DNA from: Arenicellales bacterium
GTDB taxonomy: Bacteria > Pseudomonadota > Gammaproteobacteria > Arenicellales > JAJDZL01
Assembly (NCBI GenBank): GCA_965220395.1
Contig: CBDCPT010000004.1
Span: 404,777 to 468,776 of the forward strand
Reading direction: 5' to 3'
Length of the DNA stretch: 64,000 nucleotides
Made by a program: the position numbers and the translations under genes. Position 1 is the first letter of the stretch; each line of letters opens with the position of its first letter. The notes beneath the pieces were generated by a model that saw only the letters and a program-made list of their open reading frames with translations, did no database searches and was not told the DNA's origin. Positions 49,865 through 60,171 of the stretch are shown piece by piece.

Positions 49865-50817
49865 GTGAACCCACTGTTGATTTTCACATTAAATGGAACA
49901 GATTTCCCAGATTAATTGGTTGCCTGAAGTCAGGATTTCCCGGTTTACGTCGATTAATTGTGACAAAGTACCATGCCTGGCTCACTCAGAACATGGTGCT
50001 ATTTGCCTTAAATTCATGCAGAATCAACGTTTTGCCGCAGGGGCGGCGAGCGCTCATTTAAACGTTCAGTTTCCGCATTATTTCAGCGGTGTGAACAAAC
50101 TATTGTGGGAAATCTTAACGATTTAATGTGAAAAACAACACCACCCCGAAACAAGACGCGGCACACGCGCAAGAGGTCTCGGCCATAACGATTGCGAACT
50201 ATAATCGCATGGCGGTTGCTTACTGTCACGGCACGGCAAATCATGACGTCAGCCAGAACATCTCGGCCTTACTCAAGGCGATCAAGGGCGAGGCTCCCCA
50301 CGTCATTCTCGATCTAGGCTGTGGGCCGGGCCGGGATCTGTGCCGGTTCAAAGCACTCGGCCACGAGGCGGTAGGTTTGGACGGTTCGGGCGAGCTCGCC
50401 GGTATCGCGCGCACTAAAACGGATTGTGAGGTGCTGCATCAAAACTTCCTCACGCTTGACCTGCCATTCGCCCACTTCGACGGGATTTTCGCGAACGCCT
50501 CGCTGTTCCACGTGCCAATCAGCCAGCTCGCCCGGGTCCTCGGCGACCTAGCCGCGACCCTCAAGCCCGGCGGCGTCCTGTTGTGCTCGAATCCGCGGGG
50601 CCACAATGAGGAAGGCTGGGCCGATGGGCGCTACGGCTGTTTCCATGATTTAGAAACGTGGTGCACCTACGTTACCGGCGCAGGCTTTCGGGAGCTGCAC
50701 CACTACTACCGCCCGACAGGCCGGCCGCGGGCGGAACAGCCATGGCTCGTCACGGTCTGGCGCAGGAGCCCAGAAATCAGCCCAAATAACGTCCCGGCGC
50801 GCCTATGTCCACCGTAG
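49861..50817 (+). pseudogene. Class I SAM-dependent methyltransferase split by MITE copy 2
   Basis: Removing the MITE and one CCAC restores MSEPTPKQD..; ILDLGCGPGRD, FDGIFANASLFH. Confidence 0.85.
49875..50140 (+). mobile_element. 266-bp MITE, copy 2
   Basis: Same TIRs as copy 1; 4-bp TSD CCAC (49871-49874, 50141-50144). Confidence 0.93.
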
Positions 50818-50819
50818 CG

Positions 50820-50967
50820 ATTCCTAAAGCTAGGTTGAACAGCTAGTGGAAAGGAGCTGCAAAAAAGCAACATGATGAATTTCGAAAATTCGACGCATCA
50901 CTTTTAATCACGCCCCGTGGGGGAGAATTGAGTTATTCGGGCAAAACGCTCCAGAATGCTACATAAT
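50820..50967 (+). repeat. ~145-bp direct repeat, copy 1 (copy 2 at 62658-62800)
   Basis: ATTCCTAAAGCTAGGTT...AATGCTACATAAT; a few substitutions and small indels. Confidence 0.9.
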
Positions 50968-51564
50968 CAAGTACAAACTGATGCAGGTGATTCTGGAACG
51001 AGGCTAGGGCAAGCCGCTGTCGGGCTTGGTTCAAGTCGATGATGCCTATCTCGGCGGCGAGAGGAGCGGCGGCAAGTGCGGTCGTGGCGCGCCGGCAAAA
51101 CCGCATTCGTGACGGCGGCACAGACCAATCAAAAAGGGCATCCCGAGCGGGTCAAACTGAGTATGGTCAAAGGATTTCGCAAGCAGGAGATTGAATCACG
51201 GGCGAAACAGCATCTGACACACGGAAGTGAAGTGGTGTCGGATGGTGTGAACTGCTTCAAGGCGGTTGAAGCTGCCGGATGCCGTCACCAAGGCATTGTC
51301 AGTGGTGGGGGTCGGGCAGCGGTTGAAAAGCCGGAGTTTTACTGGGTGAACACGGTTCTTGGAAATCCCAAGAGCGCACTGCGAAGTTCTTATCATTCGT
51401 TCAGTCCGAAATACGCACAACGTTACCTAGCGGAATTCGAATATCGGATCAATCGCTGCTACAGGACGCCTGAGATCATTCCTCGGTTGGCATACGTCGC
51501 ACTCAGAACGCCGCCCATGCCCGACAAGGCGTTGGTTTCTGGCTTACGTTAAATGGTAGTCAGG
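50968..51564 (+). pseudogene. IS1595-family transposase remnant, 5'-truncated
   Basis: KLMQVILER, VQVDDAYLGG, VVSDG, WVNTVLGN.K, RYLAEFEYR.NR; in-frame TAG and a frameshift; probable end GGTAGTCAGG. Confidence 0.82.
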
Positions 51565-51828
51565 AAACCTTATTGCTCGGCAAACGGCGCCGAATCTGGA
51601 CAGGCGCAGCACGGTCTCCAATACCAACCCACCGCACACGTCCTTCTCTCCGATGATGGGTTGGTCATGTTTACGCCGTACAGAACCGGTCAAAACTAGG
51701 TTTGCGAAGTCGAAGTTCACCCAGAGCTGGAGTTTGGCGACAACGATGAACGACGCCCGCAATCGTAGCGGTCCACTACAAAATGGGATTTGGTATTGGC
51801 AATCCATCCTCAAAGTTCGGATTCCAGC

Positions 51829-53595
51829 ATGAATCGTGACAATTCCGAAGGACGTATGGGCGTTAGCTATCAGCCCGTCGAAAAGCCTCCTGCGGCGCTC
51901 GCTTTCGGTCTCGGCCTGCAACTCGCCGTTCTCAGTGTGGCCGGCATGGTGTTGATCCCAACAATTGTGATCCGGGCCGGTGGCGGGTCCGAAGCCTATC
52001 TGTCATGGGCATTGATCGCCGCAGTTGCGGTCTGCGGCGTAACCACTATGTTACAAGCAATCCGGATCGGTCGGATCGGTGCGGGTTATGTACTCATAAC
52101 GAATGCCTCAGGAGCTTCCATCGCGGTCTCTGTAGCAGCGATTGCCGAGGGAGGTCCGGCGATGCTCGCCACCCTTCTTCTGGTCTCGTCATTTGTCCCG
52201 ATCGTGTTTTCTTCGCGTCTCGCTCTATTCCGACGAATCCTGACCCCGACCGTCTCAGGAACGGTAATTATGCTGATACCGGTAACGGTCATTCCGATCG
52301 TCTTCGGCATGCTGACAGACGTGCCGGACGGGAGCCCGGTGCCAGCCGCTCCGCTGAGCGCTCTTGCGACCTTGCTTGCCATAACCGGCATAGCGCTGAG
52401 AGCGACTGGGGTGATGCGTCTCTGGGCGCCGGTTATCGGTGTCGTCGTCGGCTCCGTGGTTGCCGGATTTTATGGGCTCTACGACATCGGCCGCGTTGCT
52501 GAGGCTCCATGGTTCGGTCTTCCAGAGGGCGGATGGCCTGGCCTCGATCTCGGCTTTGGGCCGGTTTTCTGGACGCTTCTTCCTGGGTTCGTACTAGTAG
52601 CCCTCATCTGCACCGTTCAATCGATGAGCGCTGCCATTGCCATTCAACGCGTGTCTTGGCGCATGCCTCGAGCGGTGGATTTCCAGGCAGTGCAGGGTGC
52701 GGTGGCCGCCGCCGGAATGGGAAACATGCTGTCTGCTTTCGCCGGGACAGTGCCGAATACGACCCATTCGACGAGCGTATCGGTGGTCGAGTTGACCGGG
52801 GTCGCCGCTCGCGGTGTTGGAATTGCCGCTGGGGCGGTGTTCATTGCCTTGTCGTTTCTCCCCAAGGCACTTGTTGTAGTCTTGGCGATTCCGGGTCCGG
52901 TCGCAGCAGCCTACCTCACCGTGCTGTTGGCAATGCTTTTCGTACTTGGTATCAAGATAGTCGTTCGGGACGGGATCGACTATCGCAAAGGCCTTGTCGC
53001 TGGTGTTGCGTTCTGGGTCGGGGTCGGTTTCCAGAGCGGTGTGATATTCCCCGAAATTTTCTCGGAGTTCGCAGGCGGTATTCTACGCAATGGAATGACC
53101 ACTGGCGGGCTCGTTGCCATCCTCATGACCCTGTTCGTCGAGACGGCGAAGCCCCGTCGCAGGCGCATCGAAACGGAATTCGATCTCTCTACCCTACCGA
53201 AAATCAGGGAGTTTCTTGAGGAGTTCGTATCCCGTGGTGATTGGGATGCAACGATGGCTTTCCGCCTTAATGCCGCCGCGGAGGAGACTTTGTTGACGCT
53301 CTTGCAGCAAGATGAGGGGAACGGAAAACACCAACGCCGCCGTCTGCTTCTGATAGTGCACAAGGAAGACGGCGAGGCGGTGCTTGAGTTCGTCGTCTCT
53401 ACCGACGAGGAGAACCTTCAGGACAGAATTGCGCTGCTTGGCGAGTGCAACACCGAAGATCTGATTAATCGAGAAGTTTCACTTCGGCTATTGCGGCACT
53501 TTGCGTCCTCAGTCAAACATCAGAAATACCATGATACGGATATCGTGACCGTCCGCATAAAAGCTTCGGAGTCTATTTACGAGGGTCAACCTTGA
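51829..53595 (+). CDS. NCS2 (xanthine/uracil) permease with C-terminal HATPase-like extension
   Basis: GLQ, TTMLQ, PTVSGTVIMLI, GTVPNTTHSTS..LTGVAAR, IPGPV; soluble C-tail with LPKIREFL..RLNAAAEETL. Confidence 0.8.
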   Translation: MNRDNSEGRMGVSYQPVEKPPAALAFGLGLQLAVLSVAGMVLIPTIVIRAGGGSEAYLSWALIAAVAVCGVTTMLQAIRIGRIGAGYVLITNASGASIAVSVAAIAEGGPAMLATLLLVSSFVPIVFSSRLALFRRILTPTVSGTVIMLIPVTVIPIVFGMLTDVPDGSPVPAAPLSALATLLAITGIALRATGVMRLWAPVIGVVVGSVVAGFYGLYDIGRVAEAPWFGLPEGGWPGLDLGFGPVFWTLLPGFVLVALICTVQSMSAAIAIQRVSWRMPRAVDFQAVQGAVAAAGMGNMLSAFAGTVPNTTHSTSVSVVELTGVAARGVGIAAGAVFIALSFLPKALVVVLAIPGPVAAAYLTVLLAMLFVLGIKIVVRDGIDYRKGLVAGVAFWVGVGFQSGVIFPEIFSEFAGGILRNGMTTGGLVAILMTLFVETAKPRRRRIETEFDLSTLPKIREFLEEFVSRGDWDATMAFRLNAAAEETLLTLLQQDEGNGKHQRRRLLLIVHKEDGEAVLEFVVSTDEENLQDRIALLGECNTEDLINREVSLRLLRHFASSVKHQKYHDTDIVTVRIKASESIYEGQP

Positions 53596-54288
53596 TGAGG
53601 TTAAATTAAGGCTTCCGCATAGTAATCATTTTGTCATTGATTTTGATCTCAAGTGTTGGTATCAAACACCCATGACCAGGCTATTAGTCACTCCGAAAGC
53701 ATGAAACAGGCGTCACGCTCAAATCGCTTATCTTCTTTTATTCACCAGCCAGTTTTTTACGTTTTCATAAAACGTTGAACAAGCTAAAGTAGTAGCGCAG
53801 ACGAAACTGTGACCGATCAATTATTGGTGAAAAAGATGATATTTCCCCTGAACTCAAACTGGCCGAAACGGCTGGTGGAGTGCCCCGAATTGTACCCAAC
53901 TCCAAATGTTGTGAACGTGCGGTGATGGCTACAGCCGCTTGCTCCGCAAAGGTTCTTGACCTCGTGGCGCATCAACACGTGTATTTACCGAGATTTGGGA
54001 CTCTATTGCTAATATTGTTTCGCGGTGAACCATACGGCCGAAATGACCATTGAACTAAGCTGCGTTCCGCAGCGGATTTCTGTGCTGGCGTCATCTGCAA
54101 GCCTTATTCCAACTCGAACATAGCACAACCGCGCCAGTTCGTATCGCACGGTCAGCGAATCAACTCCATCCTCCCTGCATTTTCCACATTTTATTGCTTC
54201 GGTCTGCGAAGTGTGTTTATCTTGACACCGAAGGGCTCGCCACTGCGACGTGCCCAACTTTGTCTTAAACACTTACAGGAGACCTATC

Positions 54289-55143
54289 ATGAGTCCGCTT
54301 CGCAAGAAAATGCTCGACGACATGACCGTTCGCGGTCTGTCCGACAGCACCAAGAATATCTATATCAACGCCGTCACCGGCCTGGTGCGACACTATGGCC
54401 GCCGCCCCGACACCCTTGAAGCCCAGCAGGTTCAAGACTACCTGCTGTTTCTGCATGAGGAGCGAGGCCTGAGCTGGAGTACCTGCAACACCTGTCTTTA
54501 TGGCATCCGGTTTTTCTACCGAATCACACTGCAACGGCCGGAGCCACACTTTTACGTGCCCGCGGCCAAACTGCCGTCAAAGCTGCCCGAAATCCTCAAC
54601 CCCGAACAACTGGTGCGCTTGTTTGCTGCGGTCACCAACCCCAAGCATCGAGTCATCCTAATGACGGCCTACGCGGCCGGACTACGCGCCAGCGAACTGA
54701 CCTGCTTGCGGGTTTGCGACATCGATTCCGGTCGCATGACCATACGTGTGAACCAGGGCAAGGGCAACAAAGACCGCTACGTACCACTGTCGCCCCGGCT
54801 GTTGGACGAACTTCGCACCTATTGGCGAATACGGCGACCTTCGCACTGGCTGTTTCCGGGTCAGCGCGCCGGCCGCCACATCAGCCGTCACAGCATCACC
54901 CATATCTACACAAAGGCCAAGACCAAGGCCGGTATCCACAATGCAGGTGGCATCCATACGCTTCGACACTGCTATGCTACCGCGCTGCTTGACGCCGGCG
55001 TCGGCCTGCACATCATCCAGCGGCGACTCGGACATGCCTCCATCCGTTCCACCATGCGTTACCTGCATCTGGCGATGGATACGGCCGGCGACACCGTGTC
55101 GCCGCTAGATCTGTTGGAATCGATCGATGTAACGCACTCTTGA
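54289..55143 (+). CDS. Tyrosine recombinase with N-terminal SAM-like domain
   Basis: AGLRASE (R), GKGNKDR (K), HTLRH, LGH, TMRY; RBS AGGAG. Confidence 0.93.
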   Translation: MSPLRKKMLDDMTVRGLSDSTKNIYINAVTGLVRHYGRRPDTLEAQQVQDYLLFLHEERGLSWSTCNTCLYGIRFFYRITLQRPEPHFYVPAAKLPSKLPEILNPEQLVRLFAAVTNPKHRVILMTAYAAGLRASELTCLRVCDIDSGRMTIRVNQGKGNKDRYVPLSPRLLDELRTYWRIRRPSHWLFPGQRAGRHISRHSITHIYTKAKTKAGIHNAGGIHTLRHCYATALLDAGVGLHIIQRRLGHASIRSTMRYLHLAMDTAGDTVSPLDLLESIDVTHS

Positions 55144-55147
55144 TCTA

Positions 55148-56347
55148 ATGCACGGCAACTGTCCTCCAGTGCCGGTCGTGCGACCGGCACTGGAGATTGC
55201 TGATATTGTACGCGCGCGCCTCAGGCAGCACAGCCAATTCAGTTGGCTCACACCACTGCGTCTGAAAGTCGCCAACGCTCTGGTCAATTGCCGTACCGCC
55301 GCACTCGGCGGCTTTGTCGCGCGCTGTGACCATTGCGCAACCACGATCGTTCAGTATGCCTCGTGTCGCAACCGCCATTGCCCCAAGTGCCAAACTCTCA
55401 AACAAACCCGCTGGGTCGAGCAACAACGCAGCAGACTCCTCGACATCGACTACTGGCACCTCGTTTTCACACTCCCGCATGACCTCAATCCGCTCGCCCA
55501 GTGCCACCCCCGACTCATCTACAACCTGCTGTTCAAAGCCGCCTCGCAGACCCTGCTCGAGTTCGGCCGCAATCCGCGCTGGCTCGGTGGCGAAATCGGT
55601 GTCACCATGGTGCTGCACACCTGGGGACAGAATCTCAATCAGCATATTCATGTCCACGCGGTGGTCACCGGCGGCGCACTCAGTGCCGACCGCAAACGCT
55701 GGCTACCCGCTCGAAATGGCTTTTTGTTCCCCACCCGAGCCCTGTCCACAGTATTCCGCGGCAAATACCTCGAGTTGCTCGCAACAGCCCACCGAGACGG
55801 TGAGCTGCAACTGCCAGGGGAGGCCGATGCCTTCGCCCGTCTCGAAACTGCACTCCGCACCAACGACTGGGTGGTCTATGCCAAACCCCCGTTCGCCGGC
55901 GCCACAAAGGTGCTGGCCTACCTCGGACGCTACACCCACAAGGTTGCCATCTCCAACCACCGCCTGGTTGATTTCGACCGACAATACGTGCGCTTTCACT
56001 GGCGCGATTACGCCGACCGCAATCGCAAAAAGACCATGCGACTGCACGCCGATGAGTTCATCCGCCGCTTCCTGTTGCATGTCTTGCCGTTCCGATTCAC
56101 CCGCATCCGCCATTATGGCCTGCTCAGCAATCGAGACCGCAACCAGAAACTCGCCGCCTGTCGAGCCTTGCTGGGTCAAGACCCAACCCAACCGCCACCG
56201 CCAGAAACGCCAACAATCATGATGCTGCGCCTGACCGGCATCGATATCACCATGTGCCCGTGTTGCAAACAAGGAACTCTGGTGCGAATTGACACCCTCA
56301 ACCCGCTGCCTCGTGTGTCCATACCCAGGGTCCGCGCACCACCATGA
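55148..56347 (+). CDS. IS91-family rolling-circle (HUH/Y2) transposase
   Basis: CRT..LGG..C..C..SCRNRHCPKC zinc domain, HLVFTLP, LHTWG..HIHVH, YLGRYTHK, RIRHYG. Confidence 0.95.
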   Translation: MHGNCPPVPVVRPALEIADIVRARLRQHSQFSWLTPLRLKVANALVNCRTAALGGFVARCDHCATTIVQYASCRNRHCPKCQTLKQTRWVEQQRSRLLDIDYWHLVFTLPHDLNPLAQCHPRLIYNLLFKAASQTLLEFGRNPRWLGGEIGVTMVLHTWGQNLNQHIHVHAVVTGGALSADRKRWLPARNGFLFPTRALSTVFRGKYLELLATAHRDGELQLPGEADAFARLETALRTNDWVVYAKPPFAGATKVLAYLGRYTHKVAISNHRLVDFDRQYVRFHWRDYADRNRKKTMRLHADEFIRRFLLHVLPFRFTRIRHYGLLSNRDRNQKLAACRALLGQDPTQPPPPETPTIMMLRLTGIDITMCPCCKQGTLVRIDTLNPLPRVSIPRVRAPP

Positions 56348-56704
56348 TCAACTTCACCCAATCCATGATTCGCCAGCCGAACACGCCTAATGGGGTGTTA
56401 CAGGGAGCCTGTTGCCTGGACGCTGCTCACCCCTGTAAAAATGCCGATTGCAGTGCTTTGAGCCGTAGCACATCCGTTCGGAAATCTCGAATTCACGCCC
56501 GCACCACGTTGTCAGGCATGGCTGCTGATCGCATTTTTTGTTGATTAGCTCCGATTCAGCCTATACTTTCCCCATAGCAATTTTGATCGGCTCTCATCGA
56601 CCCGGGCGGCTCGCAGCTTAGCTCAATGATCTTATCGAACATGCTGGCGCACGATCAATAAGAGCCTATTCATTGTGTGCTGTACCTTTTCAATTAATTC
56701 GGGC

Positions 56705-57130
56705 CGGTCTGACGCTTATGCCAACAAGAGCCTGTCATGGGTCAAAAGCGAACTTCGATCCTTGTAAATGGTGTAACTCCAAGTCAGCCGAGTTTTCATC
56801 TACAAGCAGGTCGTATGAGGGGACATATGCTCTTTTGCGTACTCGCCTATTACGTAGCATGGCACTTGTGAAGACGATCGTTGGCGAATTTGTTCCAAGA
56901 CTGCAGACCCGAAAAGCTTCAGGTCGTGCAAAGCTCTGCGGGGCAACAAGAACGGGGCTCCAAAAACGCCAGGCAAATCGCAAATTCTACAAAATCGCGT
57001 ACGGATTCGGTGTCCACAGTTTCGCGACTGTACTCGGTAATTTCCCACCCTTTGACTGACCAAGGTGAACCTGCAAGGATATCCCGAACACTTATTACAA
57101 TGTCTGCAAAGTCGATGGATTTGCAACAAT
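56705..57130 (+). pseudogene. IS1634-family transposase C-terminal remnant
   Basis: Fragments KSLSWVKSELRSL, VFHLQAGRMRGHMLFCVLAYYVAWHL and GVHSFATVL, with stops and frameshifts. Confidence 0.65.
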
Positions 57131-57270
57131 AGACGTTTGAGCTACCGAAAACTGATCTCTTCATGCTTGTTTTCAGTACAACTGCAGGTGGATTTTCCCT
57201 ATATCGCCGACATGGCGCCAGATTTGGGGGAAATTCGATGAAATTCTGGTTTGAGGAATTCCACTAGCCG

Positions 57271-59160
57271 CTATTTCCCGAAGTTACCCTTCGATCTAAT
57301 AAATCGTTTCTGAGCCGCGATCCGGAAAGGGGCATTTGCGATATCATATCCATCGTAACCGTTTTTCCTTTCAACGATCTCAAAAAACATTGCATCGCCA
57401 TAGGGTAAGCTGTAGTAGTGGAAAAATTCGCCGTTTTCACTCTTGTCATAAAGCACGTTCGCCGCTTTCATTCGGTTCAGCAGATCGGCCGAAAGGTCGT
57501 AGCGGGCTGCAAGGTCTTCGTAATAGTTCAGCGAAATCGACAGAGGTACAAACCCGTTGGCAGCCATGCACTCTGCACTGGCGAAGATGTCGTTGGTTAC
57601 AAACGCGATATGTTGGGTTGTTGAGCCTAATCTGTCGGCCAGAGATTGCGTTTCAATAGTTCGTTGTGACGCCGCGCTCGACAGGCTCCAACGCAGATTC
57701 TTGTCATAAGTCTCAATCGCCTGAGACTGGTACAGTCCATCAAGACCAATCACTTCGACAATGGGAGTTTTTTTCACATTGAAAATGGACGAATAGAAAA
57801 GTGACCAGCTCATCATTTCGTCGTAGTCCATGGTTGCGCCAAGATGATCAATCCGGACCAGCGTCGCGCCTTTATCACTCGGTAGATCTATCTGGACAAA
57901 CTCGTTTTTCCAGATATCGGAAAGTTCACGGGAGTTGTCAATGAAATGCATGACAGAACCTCCGACGCTGCGGAAGGCAGGGATTTCCAACTCGCCAGGA
58001 CCAATAGGCTGAGCGAACGGGTAGGCTTCCATTGCGTCCGCACGGGTGACCGTCGCAGTCGTGTCAGCAACACGAAAACCAATATCACACACGCTCGTGC
58101 CATGGATCAAATAGACGGAATGGGCAAAGCCGGAAGTTTCAGTATTTACGACGATATTAATGGCGTTCTGCTGCCAGAGCTCCATAGACTTTGACTTATG
58201 TGTGCCGACATGAGCAAAACCCATGGTCCCAAGGATTTTCGTCATCTGATGCGCTTTCTCGGTGGTGCTTGTGAACTCGACGTATTCAACACCTTCAATA
58301 TCAATTCTGGACGGGATGTCAGGGAACCCGAGCGGTGCCTTAGGCTCTGCCCGACGAACTTGATCCATCACGTACATGAGCGATCGATGCCCGTCCCGGT
58401 ACAGGCTCTTTGGTCTGCCACCGCGAATCTGATCGTAGAAGATCTCAAGACTGATCGGGCCGTTGTATCCCGTCGCAGCAACCGCACGCATGAAATCAAG
58501 TACAGGCAGGTTGCCCTCTCCGGGCATGCATCTGAAATGGCTTGAACAGTACAGCAGATCCATCTCGATTGCAGGGGCGTCAGCCAGTTGAACGCAGAAG
58601 ATCCGGTCGTCTGGAATGCGACGGATCGTTTCCGGGTCAATTCGGCGGGCAAGTGTATGAAAACTGTCGAGGGCTAGACCGATATTGGGATGATTGGCAC
58701 GACGCACCACCTCCCACGCGTCACGATGATCATTGACGTGCCGACCCCAGGCTAGCGCCTCGTAACCTACGCGCAACTTACGTGCGGCAGCCCGCTCTCC
58801 AAACTCGGCGAAGTCATCGGCAGCACGATCTATCCCGCCATAGGCGTCTGGGTTTATCGAAGAACAAACCAGAAGAAGATCAGTACCAAGTTCCTGCATG
58901 AGGTCAAATTTGCGCTCGGCACGGTCAAAGGCTTTCCGTCTTAGCGCGGTCGGTAGACCTTCGAAATCTCGGAACGGCTGGAACAGTATGATCTCTAACC
59001 CATAGTCTCGAACCCGTTGACCGACCTCGCGTGGTGAGCCTGCATCGGCGAGAAAATCCTGTTCGAAAATCTCAATCCCATCAAAACCGGCGGCGGTGAT
59101 GGCTTCAAGTTTTTCGTTCAGGTTGCCAGAAATTGAGACGGTGGCGATACCGGTGCGCAT
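57271..59160 (-). CDS. quiC: 3-dehydroshikimate dehydratase (sugar-phosphate isomerase + HPPD-like fusion)
   Basis: GFDGIEIFE, QPFRDFEG, YEALAWG, LDSFH, VQLAD, SLEIF; C-terminal IDH, QHIAF, FFEIVER; 629 aa. Confidence 0.85.
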   Translation of the reverse strand: MRTGIATVSISGNLNEKLEAITAAGFDGIEIFEQDFLADAGSPREVGQRVRDYGLEIILFQPFRDFEGLPTALRRKAFDRAERKFDLMQELGTDLLLVCSSINPDAYGGIDRAADDFAEFGERAAARKLRVGYEALAWGRHVNDHRDAWEVVRRANHPNIGLALDSFHTLARRIDPETIRRIPDDRIFCVQLADAPAIEMDLLYCSSHFRCMPGEGNLPVLDFMRAVAATGYNGPISLEIFYDQIRGGRPKSLYRDGHRSLMYVMDQVRRAEPKAPLGFPDIPSRIDIEGVEYVEFTSTTEKAHQMTKILGTMGFAHVGTHKSKSMELWQQNAINIVVNTETSGFAHSVYLIHGTSVCDIGFRVADTTATVTRADAMEAYPFAQPIGPGELEIPAFRSVGGSVMHFIDNSRELSDIWKNEFVQIDLPSDKGATLVRIDHLGATMDYDEMMSWSLFYSSIFNVKKTPIVEVIGLDGLYQSQAIETYDKNLRWSLSSAASQRTIETQSLADRLGSTTQHIAFVTNDIFASAECMAANGFVPLSISLNYYEDLAARYDLSADLLNRMKAANVLYDKSENGEFFHYYSLPYGDAMFFEIVERKNGYDGYDIANAPFRIAAQKRFIRSKGNFGK

Positions 59161-59168
59161 GACTCACT

Positions 59169-59410
59169 CCGTTCCGTTAAACTAACTCAAACCTGTCTAA
59201 TCAGGTTTAAGCGAACTTTCTGCTTCACCGGGGCTGGCTTCTTTCTGATCTTGTGACCCAAAACAGTTACTTCCGCTCCACAGGCAGAAACCGTGGAACT
59301 TACGGTGCAATTCTCTAGGTTGATCGCAGCATCCCTGTCCCGATCATGTTTCGTGCCGCGTTGAGGGCACGCCCAACCAAACTTGGAGGTGCACATGTGA
59401 CACCCATCAA
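59169..59410 (-). pseudogene. TnpB C-terminal remnant with IS607/IS605-type right end
   Basis: WACP..G.KHDRDRDAAINL..TVSSTVSACG..KPA.VKQ; hairpin AAACCTG-N6-CAGGTTT (59189-59208); end TTTAACGGAACGG. Confidence 0.72.
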
Positions 59411-59499
59411 CACTATATTGGTGGTGGTCAAGTCCTAGAATTCCTGTAAATGCGGAAACGCGGTACATCAGTGATTACCTCGAATTTGTGAAATTTATT

Positions 59500-60125
59500 C
59501 TACACCAGTTCGACGGGAAACATACGATCCACCAAGCTTGGTTGCACTTCGGCGTTTCTTGACCGGTTTCTTGGGTTGTTCATTGTTTGGTTCAGTCGGA
59601 TACATTTCCAGACGCAGTTGTTGAATCTACTGGCACTCGATTTCACTGAACTGATGACGGCTCCAGAAATCAATAAGCCAGATCTGCACCGCGATCACCA
59701 GTTTCGTCAGCTGCGTTTTCTGCTGCAGGTGCAGGCCCACCTTGGTTCGTCGACGCTCTTCAACGAAACTGCGCTCCACCAGATTCTTTGTGCGCACCTG
59801 CCGACGATGACGCGGTGGAACCACAAGATGATTTAGCGATGCATCTTGATCATCACTCAAACAACGATAGGCCTCTGGAAACTGAGTCCGATACCTTTTG
59901 ATCAACCGATCAAGACGACGATTCGCCACTTTGATCGTCGGTGTATCCCGCCTGTCAACCACCAAGGCTCGAAACTCAGACCAATGTTTGGGCGGAACTT
60001 TCTGTTGCAGATTTTGCAATATGTGAAACCAACAATACAGCCATGTGCCGTTTCCAATCGCTTCCATCCAAGTCGATGGTGATTGCTGTAAATTCTTCGA
60101 GGACGACGGTCACACACAGGATTTG
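59500..60125 (-). pseudogene. IS256-family transposase remnant
   Basis: CWFH..NL..KVP, VRTKNLVERSFVEERRRTKV; 5' part missing; frameshifted. Confidence 0.75.
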
Positions 60126-60171
60126 CTGTTAAAATATTTCCACGAAATCACAAAGTAGAGGTGTTTCGGAA

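Larger units (their letters stand above)
54048..56675 (+). mobile_element. Two-gene IS91-like element (tyrosine recombinase + Y2 transposase); ends inferred
   Basis: 17-bp inverted motif (54048-54064 vs 56612-56628, 1 mismatch); terminal hairpins; CATTG at both proposed ends. Confidence 0.72.

Noticed and set aside
49893..50126. 77-aa ORF inside the MITE (also 44170-44403)
   Set aside because: No recognisable motifs or RBS; duplicated only because the MITE is.
44156..50140. Composite transposon or inversion bounded by the two MITEs
   Set aside because: Each copy keeps its own matching TSD and its flanks rejoin into one gene, so these are independent insertions.
54289..55143. Integron integrase with cassette array
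   Set aside because: No IntI-specific insertion is visible before HTLRH, it is coupled to an IS91 transposase, and no repeated attC sites were seen.
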